Part shown: piece after piece, positions 43,075 to 60,141 of the stretch
Numbering within the stretch: position 1 is the first letter of the stretch
How the letters are laid out: each line of letters begins with the position of its first letter
Source: Eledone cirrhosa
Taxonomy: Eukaryota
NCBI GenBank assembly: GCA_964016885.1
Contig: OZ024751.1
Location: 12,152,001-12,216,000, forward strand
Direction: 5' to 3'
DNA length: 64,000 bases
Translations under genes and position numbers: made by a program
Notes under the pieces: generated by a model
Told to the model about the DNA's origin: nothing
Seen by the model: only the letters and a program-made list of their open reading frames with translations
The model's database searches: none

Positions 43075-43683
43075 GTCAGGTCACCAGTTGGTGCTACTGG
43101 TAACATGTATCCCAGTACAACCTGTCTCATGGTCGGGTCGTTGGCGACTAAACTGGCAACCCCACCAAGGTTTCTTGGTGAGGAGGGTGACTTTGGACAT
43201 CCTGCAGGACTAAAAACAAAACCTGTCAAAGGGCAAAGGAGCTCTTAAGAGTCAATGGCCATCCAAAATCACCGGGAGAGATGACCCCTTAGCCTTTGTC
43301 AAGGCAGAATTCTAGGAGAAGGAAAACTCTGATATAACACCTGCAATTCTGATGGTATCCAATGATGTTGACTTGTTCTTCTTTTTGGTAAATATCATCT
43401 TGGTTAAGAGAGTGGGACTGGCTTTGTGCAGTGCCTTTGCTCACTATAAAAGCTTCACAGCACAGGCATTGCTTTATATCTGGAGATCTCTCTGCACTTG
43501 TCGTCACATGGTACCATGGCCCCAGCACTTTGTGTCAATAATTGTCACAAGTGTAGTGTTTGTACCAGAGTTTTCAAGTCACTGGCTGGACTAAAAAGTC
43601 ACACTTGTTTAGCGCATCGGTAGGCGTTCTCCTACATGGATATAAAGTAGTGACCGTACTCGAAAACGATTTGGCAGCCACCA
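43075..43683 (+). mobile_element. Non-autonomous RTE-derived element, copy 1
   Basis: ~610 bp; RTE-like 5' leader joined to a C2H2-finger 3' end; flanked by (TA)/(TATG)n. Confidence 0.65.
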
Positions 43684-43685
43684 TG

Positions 43686-43772
<87 letters not shown>

Positions 43773-43774
<2 letters not shown>

Positions 43775-44376
43775 CAGGTCACCAGTTGGTGCTACTGGTA
43801 ACATGTATCCCAGTACAACCTGTCTCATGGTCGGATCGTTGGCGACTAAACGGGCAACCCCACCTAGGTCTCTTGGTGAGGAGGGTGGCTTTGGACATCC
43901 TGCAGGACTAAAAACAAAACCTGTCAAAAGGCAAAGGGGCTCTTAAGAGTCAATAGCCATCCAAAATCACCGGGAGAGATGACCCCTTAGCCTTTGTCAA
44001 GGCAGAATTCTAGGAGAAAGAAAACTCTGATATAACACCTGCAACCCTGATGGTATCCAATGATGTTGAATTGTTCTTCTTTTTGGTAAATATCATCTTG
44101 GTTAAGAGAGTGGGACTGGCTTTGTGCAGTGACTTTGCTCACTATAAAATCTTCACAGCACAGGCATTGCTTATATCTGGAGATCTCTCTGCACTTGTCA
44201 CATGGTACCATGACCCAGCACTTTGTGTCAATAATTGTCACAAGTGTAGTGTTTGTGCCAGAGTTTTCAAGTCGCTGGCTGGACTAAAAAGTCACACTCG
44301 TTCAGCCCATTGGTAGGGGTTCTCCTAAATGGATATAAAGTAGTGGCCGTACTCGAAAACGAGTTGGCAGCCACCA
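43773..44376 (+). mobile_element. Non-autonomous RTE-derived element, copy 2
   Basis: Direct repeat of 43075-43683 with scattered substitutions and indels; encodes [25 protein letters not shown] near its 3' end. Confidence 0.65.
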
Positions 44377-47196
<2,820 letters not shown>

Positions 47197-47531
47197 TTAG
47201 TACCATAGAACAACCAATATTATAGACACCACATATATTTTCGGGGGTACCTAGTACCTACTGGGATATCTATATCATTTATCTAATTCGCCTTAATGTA
47301 GAGAAAAAAATGCTGTATCATGCTGCTATTTCTAGCAGCATGAAATATCAGCGAGTCTACAATTACCGCTTTGTCTAACGGTCCAATAAGTGTTTGGGTC
47401 ATTTTAACGGCTTGATTCATTCACTGGGCAGAGGGTGATATATCTACATCTATACGGACTTATGTCTAGTAGATTTGGGAAAGCTATCTGAAGAGCTATA
47501 TCTTTCCATTGGAAATTCTCTGAATTTCCAA

Positions 47532-48475
47532 TCTATATATATAAAACTGTGGTTGTCTGTCTGTCTATCGATTTTTGGCACACATCTCCTCTTAGAATCT
47601 CTGACGGAATTGCACCGAAATTGCTATACTTGTACATTGAGCCCTAGCGAAGACATCGGAAAAAAAATATTTCAAATTGACCCAACCTATGTGACGAAAT
47701 CGAATATAATGTATCGATTTTTGAGCGTAAGTTATCAGTTATTTCCCTTTGTTCTGTTTACATTGAGCGTCTTACGTAAAAAATTACGCTGGCTTTCTCA
47801 GCGTTTAAAATGACATTAACACAGTACACGAACAGTTGTCGAGCCAGCAAAATATTGACCTGCAAAATTCATCAGTTCGAACACTAAGCTTCCGTTTTGC
47901 TTCATTTCCATTTAAAAGCATTTTAAAACAATATTTTTACTTGAAAACAAGTCTATTTAAAGACTACGTAAAACAAGCAAATATTTCGTCGTTAGGCAGA
48001 CAGACAGTCGTGCAGACAGACATTCGTGCAGAGAGGTGATATACGCGTGCAGACAGATAGTCGTGCAGAGAGGTGATATAGGCGTGCAGACAGACAGTCG
48101 TGCAGAGAGGTGATATAGGCGTGCAGACAGACAGTCGTGCAGAGAGGTGATATAGGCGTGCAGACAGACATAACTGATAATTTGGTTACGCTAATGTTTT
48201 TCTTTGCGTTGCAGTGTTTACATTTTCGATCTTTGTTAATAAATAACCAGTGCAGTTTCTATCCCCAGCATCCTCTTTTGTTATAACATTCGGGTTATCG
48301 TTATGTTTTCTTAACTTCATAAGGCATATTGTTGGTTGAGGGAATATTAATCAAAAACACCACATGCAAGTCTGCACAGTAGACACTACAGTTTTTAAGC
48401 CAAGAAAGAAACTTAACATTGTAACTTTAACACAGCTACTGAGCGACCCCGAGCAACGCCGGGCTTTACTGCTAG
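47532..48475 (+). mobile_element. Complete non-autonomous Helitron (944 bp)
   Basis: A|TCTATATATATAAAA 5' end; 3' hairpin CCCG-agcaacgc-CGGG (48448-48463) then CTAG|T; no TSD; internal 37-bp tandem repeat at ~47997-48170. Confidence 0.88.
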
Positions 48476-48580
48476 TCTTTTGATAAGCGAAACCGTCGGT
48501 CATGACACTAGAAGAGGTAAATATTTACATCGTATTTTAATTTATTTAAAAGATTGTTTAATGTTTACTCGTTCCGCTCA

Positions 48581-48665
<85 letters not shown>

Positions 48666-48674
48666 ATATATATG

Positions 48675-48753
<79 letters not shown>

Positions 48754-48760
48754 ATGTATG

Positions 48761-48792
<32 letters not shown>

Positions 48793-49838
48793 CAGTCTGC
48801 CTTTCATTCTGATGGAGAAGCCTTTTGCAGCTAGCAGTGGTAGTAGTTCCCTAAACTTCTTCCATCCCGTTCTTACCCTAATTATTGTACTTTCTGAACA
48901 CCCACCTTCGCTGCTAATTTGGTCACCTAGGTAGCAGAAGCTGTCTACTGTTTCTACAGAGCCCTCCCAGAGATTGGTGGTACTTGTTTCCTGTGGCTGT
49001 TTGTGGCTTTCTGTCCCTGCACAGCTGCTGCATGTGAAGCCTACATTCTTAATTAAGCTTCCTGAGATCCCGCTACATCTCTTGTGTACCCATTGTTTGC
49101 ATTTGGGGCAGAGAATGGAGTTCCTACCTACACCTTTCCTACATACTGAGCAAGGCCATTTCCCTGAGGGGATCTGGGTTCTGTTTTCTCGTCTACTTAC
49201 AAGGACCCTAGTCTTTGTCATGTTGACTTTGAGACCCTTTCTTTCTAGTCCCTGCTTCCAAGTTTGGAATTTATACTCTAGTTCTACCATAGATTCAGCT
49301 ATAAGTGCGAGGTCATCAGCATACAGGAGTTCCCATGGGCATCCGGTCTTAAACTCCTCCGTTATTGCCTGCAGGACTATGATGAACAGGAGGGGGCTAA
49401 GAACAGAGCCCTGGTGGACCCCAACCTGTACGCTAAATTCCTCGCTATACTTATTGCTAATCCTAACTTTGCTGACTGCTCCCCTATACATGGCTTATAC
49501 CGCTTTCACAAGCCATACATCTACTTCTAGTTTTCTAAGAGCCCACCAGATTATAGCACGTGGAACTCTGTCAAAGACTTTCTCAAGGTCGACAAATGCC
49601 AAGTAGAGTGGCTTACTTTTAGCTAGGTACTTTTCCTGTAACTGCCTCACAAGGAAGAGGGCATCAGTGGTGCAAATTGCATCTCGTCTATTTTCACCCG
49701 GTCCCTAATCAACTGTGCTATAACTCTTTCTGTTACTTTCATGACCTGGTCCATCAACTTCATACCTCTATAGTTTCCTCTATCTAGTGCATCACCTTTA
49801 CCTTTGTAGCAGTTGACAATGATGCTACTGCACCAATC
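48793..49838 (-). mobile_element. RTE-clade LINE reverse transcriptase fragment with an inserted PHD finger
   Basis: [63 protein letters not shown]; stop near 49496 and a deletion after MQF; truncated by (TA)n. Confidence 0.93.
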
Positions 49839-50492
49839 TTTTGATATGACACCTTCTATATATATATATATAGGAAGATAGATAGAGGGGTAGAGAGAGA
49901 GAGTGAGAGATAGAAAGGTGGTGAATAAGAGATGATGAAATTGAATGCTGGTAATACTAAAAGAGTAAAAGAGAAAGAAAAGAGAACATAAAAGGATGAG
50001 AATTTAAAAAAAAATATGTTGCACACGTCAGTGGAATATTGGCCCAGATTCTCTGTGATTTCCAATTCGTTTCACTTATCAATTCTTATAAATCACCTTA
50101 AGGAATACAAACCCACCCTCACACAGACTCACCACAAACCGACACTCCACTACACTTAATAGAAACTCTGCTATGTCCCTCATACCCAATACTAGCACAG
50201 CTAAAGCTATCTTTAAAAAAAAATTGAAATTAAATTTTTATGATTGATATGCCGTGTGCTTAATGTATTATCAACAAACTTGAAAATTTATGTTAAATCA
50301 TGAGGAGGGGAGAATGAAATGGAATGGAAGAGAGATAAAGAATTGGACGGTGGAAGGAAGAATGGCGTGTGTATGCATGTAAAAGAGAGGGAGAGAGAAA
50401 GATTGAGAGAAACAGAGAGAGACAGAGAAAGAGTGTACGATAGGGAAAACACAAGAAAAAAAGAAATATAACCAAATTAGTTGGATATATAC

Positions 50493-50569
<77 letters not shown>

Positions 50570-50864
50570 CATACATAACATATATAATATATATATATGT
50601 GTGTGTGTGCGTGTGTGTGTTTATGTATGTATGTAAATGTATATATTTAAGAATATGTATATGTATTTATGTATGTATGTATGTACACGTTGATAATTAT
50701 TTGAAAATAAAAACACAGATACATTAAGCATTTCTACACACACACACATACACACGCCGGCCTGCGCAGACACACACATTCACGCGCATATATACATATA
50801 ATAGAAATATAGTCAGTTTAATCTATTTCCATTAGTAATTGCACTCCGCCTGTTCTGACCTGAA

Positions 50865-51050
50865 GTGTTTCAGTTTGATGAATGGAACAATAACGGGAAA
50901 ATAACGTGCAAGTGTCAGAGCATTCCACAGAAATGTGTACGTTTAACGCAGTCCCCAGTTGGATTCAGCTTAACACAAGGCTTTGAATTGAACGTAGGAC
51001 TACTGAGATAGGTCCAGGTAATTCGACTGGAGCATCCTAAAATACTATAT
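50865..51050 (+). mobile_element. Fragment of a second SINE-like repeat family
   Basis: GTGCAAGTGTCAGAGCATTCCACAGAAATGTGTACGTTTAACGCAGT resembles a repeat I recall from octopus genomes; single copy here, unverified. Confidence 0.4.
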
Positions 51051-51093
51051 CATCCCCATGAACACAACGCACTGCCGCAAATCGGTCTCAGGT

Positions 51094-51527
51094 CAGGTTT
51101 TTTGGGGGCCCGTCATACACCAAATAGAATTATATATAATTGTTTCTACATTTGGCACAAGGCCAGCAATATACCCAGTACATTACTGGTACTTTATTTT
51201 ATCGACCCCGTAAGGATGAAAGGCAAAGTTAACCTCGACGGGATTTGAACTCATAACCGTAAAGGGATGTAACTATGCTAGAAAGCATGGCGTCCAACAC
51301 TCTACCGATACTGCCAATTAACAGCAGAATCCCAATTTTACATATCAAAGTTAGCTTGGCGCAAATAGTTGGAATTGAAAAGTTTTACATACAGGTATAA
51401 AATTAAAAAATTCTAACCATTGTAAAGCTAAATAGCGCAGCTGAGGCACAAACAAATTGCTACGGCACAGCAGGGGACCTATGGAAATTACCTCTTTGCC
51501 AGTCCACCCTCCTAAAATCCGGCCCTG
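51094..51527. mobile_element. hAT-type MITE with 8-bp TSD, interrupted by a SINE
   Basis: TCTCAGGT at 51086-51093 and 51528-51535; termini CAGG.. and ..AAATCCGGCCCTG; left TIR decayed. Confidence 0.65.
51137..51318 (-). mobile_element. Nin-domain SINE nested in the MITE
   Basis: Same family as 24062-24439. Confidence 0.88.
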
Positions 51528-52064
51528 TCTCAGGTACTGACGATCGTACGCCAAACGAAATCACTACTAAGCCTCATGCCTTCACCTTCGTTAGACTTCA
51601 ATCATGGAAAATACGATAGATTAAGGACATATTAGAATGGCGTCGATCAGAATTTGAACGTAGAACGTAAAAGTATGGAGGAATGCTCAATAAAACTCAT
51701 TAGCGTTAGATATGTATATCTACCGTAAAACTAATTCTTCTCTATATCCACCACCGCCAACATAGAATATGGCAATAACGAAACCTAGTTCATATAATTC
51801 TGTCCAAACATCTAATTTAATTATCAATAATCTTGTTTTCATTTAATTTCTTGTTATATTACTCCTCATATCTTGTAGTTGTTTTATACATTGATTTTTC
51901 CAATTTATTTAGGAGAATTAAATTCGAGAATTAAATATATGTATATATGAATGTTTATATGTATATATATAGGTCCATATTTACGAATATAAAAATATTT
52001 ATACATATATGCAAATTATAGGTATTTATATGTATATACCCACATATAAATCCACCCACACGAA

Positions 52065-52951
52065 CATATATATATATATACATACATACATATATATATG
52101 TATATATGTATATATGTATATATGTATATATGTATATATAATTATATATACCTATATATAAATATATATATAATATATATGTATATATATAAATATATAT
52201 ATATATAATATATATGTATATATATAAATATATATATATAATATATATGTATATATATATATATATATAATATATATGTATATATATATATAATATATAT
52301 GTATATATATGTATATATATATATAATATATATGTATATATATAAATATATATATATGTATATATATGTATATATACTTATATATACCTATATATAATTA
52401 TATATATCTATATATAAATATATATATAATATATATGTATATATATATATAAATATATATTAATATATATGTATATATATAAATATATATATGTAATATA
52501 TATGTATATATATAAATATATATATGTAATATATATGTATATATATATATATAAATATATATATGTACTATATATGTGTATATATATATTAATATATATG
52601 TATATATATAAATATATATATGTACTATATACGTATATATATATATAAATATATATATGTACTATATATGTATATATATATATATAAATATATATATGTA
52701 CTATATATGTATATATATTTATAAATATATATATGTACTATATATGTATATATATATATAAATATATATATGTACTATATATGTATATATATTTATAAAT
52801 ATATATATGTAATATATATATGTATATATATTTATAAATATATATATATATGATATATGTATATATATATAAATATATATATAATATATATTTATATATA
52901 TAAATATTTATATAATATATATGTATATATACTTATATATACTTATATATA

Positions 52952-53027
<76 letters not shown>

Positions 53028-53030
53028 CTT
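52065..53030. repeat. (TA)n compound microsatellite
   Basis: Direct inspection. Confidence 0.95.
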
Positions 53031-53504
53031 ATACATATATGTATCCGTAAATATATGTATGTTTGTTTACATACGTATACATTCGTAAATAGTGCATATA
53101 TTTTCCATGATACTTAAAATTATATCAAAAATGGAGGTGGAAACTGCCATGTGTATATTTGTGAAGGATGTTTGTAATAATAACAATAATACTAGCATAT
53201 GCGTGTAGTTTTGTTTGTGTTGTGTCTTTGCTTATAATATAATATAAGCGGACAGCTAAACATAGAGAGCGAAATAGAGCTAAGCAAAGCAGAAGAGGGG
53301 GTAGTACAGGAATGAAGGAAGGTGAATGCAGGATAGGATGACGAGTAAGGAGAGTGTCTGGTGCATAATAATTTCTTATTTAGTATGTTTAAAAATAACA
53401 AGATACATCTCATATATAACACATTTAATTTCCCAGCCTTCCAATATCCTCGTCCAATAAACAATATTATATATATCATCACGGCCATCGGTTTCATCGC
53501 AAAC

Positions 53505-53606
53505 CTTCATCGCCATCGTCAGCAGTAGCAATTGCAGCAGCAGTAGCAGCAGTATAGTAATTATCGTCATCATCATAATCATCACCATCGCTATCATTTT
53601 CATCGT

Positions 53607-53638
<32 letters not shown>

Positions 53639-54236
53639 CAACTGTCATCATAGTCAGTATCGTGATCATCATCAAAAATCATCATTATGAAAAACCATCA
53701 TTATCATAAATGTCATCATCATCACCTTAAACCTCATCAACATCCTCGTCGTCGTCATCATCACCATTGTCATCATCACCATTGTCATCATCATCACCAT
53801 CATCATCATTTGCCATCGCCATCTTCTTCCTCATCATCATCATCATCATCATCAACAATACCATTGTCATCAGCAACTGTAACACTAGCAAATCGTCATT
53901 GACAACCTTCTCTTCCCCCTCCCCACTGATCCTCATCCTCCTCATCATCATCATCATCATCATCATCATCAATAACATTATCATCATCAACAATAATGCT
54001 TCATACACAAACAGAACAACAACAGGAGTGCAAGACTAACGAAAAAGGAAAACAAATATATTGACGAAATTGAGGAATTATCACAGCTAACGACATTAAT
54101 TATCTCATTACAACTGCTGCTACTGCTGCTGCTGCTGCTACTACTACTACTACTACTGCTGCTACTACTACTACTATTGCAACAAGAACAAGAACTACTA
54201 CTACTACTAATCATAATAATAATAATAATAGAGATA

Positions 54237-54270
<34 letters not shown>

Positions 54271-54650
54271 TCACTACTACTACCACTACTACTACCAGCC
54301 CGACCACAACAGCAACAGCTACTACTACTTTTACCACCACCACAAGAACAAGAACAACAACAATAATTACTACTACTACTACTGCTGCTGCTGCTGTTGC
54401 TTCTATTACTACTACTTCTATTATTGCTGCTGCTACAGCAACAACGACAACAGCAACAAAATAAAATAGAAAATAGCAGCAACAACAATAACAGCTACAA
54501 CAATACCCACATCAACAACAACAACGACAACAAAAACTACTGTTTCAACAACACCAATAGCAACAACAAAAAAAGAGTAACACCAACAAGAAGAACAAGA
54601 CCAAAAACATCAACAACAACAACAACAACAACGACAAACACAAACACAGT
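53505..54650. repeat. (CAT)/(CTA)/(TAA)/(CAA)n low-complexity tracts
   Basis: Direct inspection. Confidence 0.9.
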
Positions 54651-55307
54651 GGCAGTAGCAGATGTACAACAATGAAATAAAATAGATATACGACACGGCT
54701 TAACTTGAAAATATCCAAATATCCAATTTTGATTACATGGGAATGCTTCCTCGTAATTGTATTATAAAAGCTATTTCGTTCTGTACCGCCATATTTTCTG
54801 ACGATCGACGCCATTTTGTCAACGACTATCAACCAATGTAAACATTAGCCTGTAATAAGTGTTCAAATTCAATTAGACAGACCTCTGCCTCGTTTTATAA
54901 TCATCTCGATGCATAAATAAAATATATTTGCAAAATGAATCTTCTTGTCCAGTACACGTCATCATAATTTTTCGTCCTTCTATTTTCCTTTTGCTATTTT
55001 TATATTGATATATACTTGTTAATATATATTTATTAGAATTATGTTTGTTATCTTCCCTGTTTAAATTCCTTATAGTATCTTGTCTGCCTGCATAAATACT
55101 CGATATAAATAAGTATGTATGTATGTATGTATGTATGTATGTTTGTATATCTGTGTGTATGAATGGTTTGTATGTATGAATATTTGTATGTTTGCATGTA
55201 TGTAAGTACATATGTGTGTATGTACGTATGTACGTACGTATGTATGTGTGCATGCATTTATGTATGCATGCATGTACGTATGTTTGCATGTATGCATGTA
55301 CGTCTTC

Positions 55308-55341
<34 letters not shown>

Positions 55342-55473
55342 GTATGTATAGTATGTGTGTACGTATATTTGTATGCATGAATGTATGTGTGTTTGCACGT
55401 ATGTATATATATGTTTGATTGTATATATGATTATATGTGTCTACGAACGTGTCTTTATGTGTATGTATGCATG

Positions 55474-55515
<42 letters not shown>

Positions 55516-55974
55516 CGTGTGTCTGTGTTAGTATGCGTGTGCATATATGTGTGTGTGCAAACATATTTTATTATATTACATTATACCATATTATATTATA
55601 TTGTACCATATTTTACATATCATCTGTATAGTTATTGTTTATTATTTAGATGTATATAGTTCTAATATATATGTTTACGAGATCTGAAATATAATGAGTT
55701 TTATAGTCGTGCATAGGGTTGGTGTTGAAATTCTAAGATGGCTATTTATTCAATCAACTTCACGGTCGACATTCAACACAACCAGACTAGCTTTAATACT
55801 AAAATATATTGCAGCGTTTTGTGTTTTTCTATATCACGGTTTCTGCAAAATAAAACCGTTGCTTATTAAAAGTCTCGCCACCCAAGTTCATTCAGTTAAA
55901 CGAAATATTCAATTGTTTCCAGTAATATAATCTCTTACATCCATAGGCTGAATGTTGTCTGGCCGATGTCGAGT

Positions 55975-56010
55975 GTACATGTATATATATATATATATAT
56001 GTGTGTGTGT

Positions 56011-56056
<46 letters not shown>

Positions 56057-56107
56057 ACACATGTATATATATATATGTACACATGTATATATATATGTAT
56101 ATACATA

Positions 56108-56154
<47 letters not shown>

Positions 56155-57152
56155 GTATATATATATATATGTACACATGTATATATATGTACACATGTAT
56201 ATATATATATATGCATATATATGTACATATGTATATATATATACACATATATATATATATATATGTATATATATGTACATATGTATATATATGTATATGT
56301 ACATATGTATATATATATATATATATGTACATATGTATATATACATATATATCTACATGTGTATATATATATATACATGTATGCATATATATACATATGT
56401 ATATATACATATATATCTACATGTGTATATATATATATATATACATGTATGCATATATATACATATGTACATATATATATGTATGTGTATATATACACAT
56501 GTACATATATATGTATGTGTATATATACACATGTACATATATATGTAAGTGTATATATATATTCACATGTACATATTTGTGTATGTGTATATACATATAC
56601 ACATGTACATGTGTATATATAAGTGCATATATATAAATACATATATTCACATGTACATATATATGTAAGTGTATATACATATTCACATACACATATATGT
56701 ACTTGTGAATATATATATATACACTTACATATATATGTACATGTGAATATGTATATACACATACATATATATTTACATGTGTATATATATATATACACAT
56801 ACATATATATGTACATGTGAATATATATATACACTTACATATATATGTACATGTGTATATGTATATACACATACATATATATGTACATGTGAATATATAT
56901 ATATATACACTTACATATATATGTACAAGTGTATATATGCACATACATATATATATATATACATATGTATATGTATATGCCTACATATATATATATATGT
57001 ATATTAATATATATACATACAGTCATACATATATGTACATATGTAAATATATATATATACACATGAATATATATATATATGTACATATGTATATATATAT
57101 ATATGCATACATATATATATATTTATATAAATATATATATATATACATACTG

Positions 57153-57194
<42 letters not shown>

Positions 57195-57202
57195 ATATAT
57201 AT
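55975..57202. repeat. (TA)/(CATG)/(TACA) compound microsatellite
   Basis: Direct inspection. Confidence 0.95.
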
Positions 57203-57850
57203 TGGAAGAGGTTCCATATGCTTCCTCCATGTTTTCCGTTTGTGCCTTTATGTTTTATGATCATTTGACAAAAAAATTGACCATATGGTGTTATATAACT
57301 ATAAAGTTTGGCGGGTTTCTGTAGTGGATCAGAGCACTTGTCTCGTATATTTACTCATCATTGTTGCAGGCAAACAATGCCCCTATTCTTGACGTCAATA
57401 AAACACGCACACATTTACATACATATAGTGTTATGTTTGTATTGAAGGAGACTTTTTTCGACGAATCTGCGACCTAGTTTAGAATCGTAGCTGCTAGTAA
57501 TAAACTTATATATCACAGAAATCTCAACAATTGAGTGTATGAAGTTAGGTAGAATCAGTAAAGCAACGGGAAGACATGTTTTTTTTATTTAATAATGTAT
57601 TTTTATAGCTCTTCTTTCAAATCTTACTGCGAAGTGAATTTTGCTTATATTTTTCCCGTGTCAAGAAAATAAAACATATCATCCATTGGGTTAGATTGAA
57701 ATGTTCTCTTTCTCCGTTATAAAATTGACAAAAATGTTCCCACCATGATATAATGATTTCTCAGCATTTGAGAAAGAGTTAATAAGAAAAGGATACAGAC
57801 GAAGAAACAAACAGATTACAGGATTAGGACATTTTTTAAAAATCGAAATC

Positions 57851-57955
57851 AAAAGGGTGAAATACAAAGTTGACCTAGGTGGGATTTAAACTCAGAAAGC
57901 GCAGAGAGACGGAACGAATTCCAGACGTTCTGATGACTCAGTCACATCGCCGCCT
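57851..57955 (-). mobile_element. Degenerate Nin-domain SINE fragment
   Basis: AAAGTTGACCTAGGTGGGATTTAAACTCAG matches the family core. Confidence 0.6.
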
Positions 57956-58154
57956 AAAATCGTATGGTATGGCATGTCATGGTATAGTCTCATAACTCCT
58001 GATAAATTCATAGAGGCGTCGTATGGACATAAGGCGTTTCTTGGGAGTTTTATGCTTGGCGTAGCGCATCCTTCTCCAGGCCTGAGTACAGCAGATTTCT
58101 TCCATAGAAAAATAGAAAGCTAGAGAGAGGAAATGAGAAAGAGATGTAAAGGAA

Positions 58155-58293
58155 GAATCGATCCCAGTACTAGACTGGTACATTTTTTATCGACCTCGAC
58201 GAAAAGGTGAAAGGTAAAGTTGACTTTGGCGGGATTTGAAATCAGAGAGCAGAGTGCCGGAACGGATACCATAAAGCAATTCGACACCTCTAA
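58155..58293 (-). mobile_element. Older Nin-domain SINE subfamily copy
   Basis: CTGGTACATTTTTTATCGACC..GTGAAAGGTAAAGTTGACTTTGGCGGGATTTGAAATCAG. Confidence 0.7.
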
Positions 58294-58755
58294 AAAAGTA
58301 TATTAAACGACAAATTGACCGAGGTGTCACGCAGTGGTAGAGATCTCGGATGATTATGAAAGCAAAATGAACGTCTTACCGAAATCTTCATAACCATGAC
58401 TAGTTAAAATCTGCAGATATACATTATAGCGTCGAAAAATACCGCGGTGTATAATATTTTCTCTTCCATTATTTCACGTGTTTAATGTATGAGCGACGAG
58501 TCTGCATAACTTTGAAGATATTTTATTGCGGAAGGGTAACATGATCGAGAATAAAATTCAGTAACAACAGTTCGATTACCAAGGAAAGGGAAGGGCATCC
58601 GTTAACATTTCTTTTATCTCGAACACATTAGAGAAAGACATCAATGTCAGAACACCTCATTTGTCCGATAAAAGATCATACAGACCTTCAAATATATAAA
58701 TATGTGTGTATATATATATATATATATGATGTGTGTCTATACGTTTGTATGTATG

Positions 58756-58834
<79 letters not shown>

Positions 58835-59495
58835 ACTTCATAAATAAGAAACACACATACACAGCCGTTAATATTGATTTTGGTTCTGTCGATGTTATTT
58901 GGCATTCATGTTCATGTTGTTGTTTTAGATATATATGTTTTGGTTTTCTTCTGTTGTTTTTTTTAATTTACTGCCTCCACTCTTCATCAAGCAAAGAATA
59001 ACATTAGAAACGCTGTACATTTATGAGATAAGCATTTTGATTAATCTATTAGGAAGGCAAAAACAAAGAAGTGAAGCTAGTTTATCGATTCTTAATAGGC
59101 AGCAGTGCGCTTGGAACAATCTTCGCTAGGTCTCCTTGAAGAGTCTGTAATTCCAGCTTTTCAGAAGTCGAGCGATGTCAGCACCTGGCGTGTCATTACT
59201 GCGAAGAAACCAATTCGCTATGAAGCAGAATTGCCTGAGGAGCAGAAAACACTGCTGAAGAAGAAAGAAAGTGAAGAAGAAGCCATGGAATAAAGAAAAT
59301 GTAATTGTAAATGGAAAGCTGGAAATATAAAATATGATAACTATCGAGTAAAAGAAGAGATGGAGCGGAAGATGGGCAACATTGAACTGTGGTAAATAGT
59401 TAGAGAGAAATTATATAGAGTGGTTGTGAAAGAGAAAGAGAGTAACAGAGACAGACAACTGACAGACATACAGGTACATGGAAACCATGCACAAA

Positions 59496-59552
<57 letters not shown>

Positions 59553-59584
59553 TTATCCCAGGTTCAATCGGCGGTAACCACAGC

Positions 59585-59631
59585 TTTCCTGATGATTTCT
59601 CCCGAACGAAACAGTTCTAATCCTGTAGAAG
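59585..59631 (+). ncRNA. Type I hammerhead motif (family C), intact core
   Basis: tttc-CTGATGA-t.ttc.tccc.gaa.c-GAAA-cag.ttctaatc.ctg-TA-gaag. The upstream 59552-59583 is the inverted tail homologous to 10476-10506. Confidence 0.65.
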
Positions 59632-59636
59632 CCATT

Positions 59637-59737
<101 letters not shown>

Positions 59738-59953
59738 TGTATGTGTGTATATATATATACTGTATGTGTATATATATATATAAATATATAAGGAATAGAA
59801 ATTGAAAATGCAACTGGAATCTTTTAAGACTAATTATTCATTTGCTCGACAGGTCTCGCAGTTCTATGATATTCAAAAGTAAAATTGAGATGGAGCTGTT
59901 TGTGATTTTATCGTGTTTGCCTCGGACATCTTTTAAAAAGAATCTAATTTTCT

Positions 59954-60015
<62 letters not shown>

Positions 60016-60141
60016 CACGTAACCTTCCAATGTCCACCTTGATCGTATATCACGTGAGAGTTCTTCCATTTGAAATCTTCACCGATAGCGAACAAGGAGG
60101 AATGTTTCTGTCTTGAATGTTCTTTCTTGACTGAGAGACTC

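Noticed and set aside
47997-48170. 37-bp repeat of CRISPR-like length
   Set aside because: Head-to-tail with no spacers; an internal minisatellite of the Helitron.
48565-49491. Intact RT gene
   Set aside because: Upstream in-frame stop and deletion; the C-terminus runs into (TA)n; it is a TE fragment.
57928-57945. CTGATGA motif
   Set aside because: Lies inside a decayed SINE head, with no helix II-GAAA.
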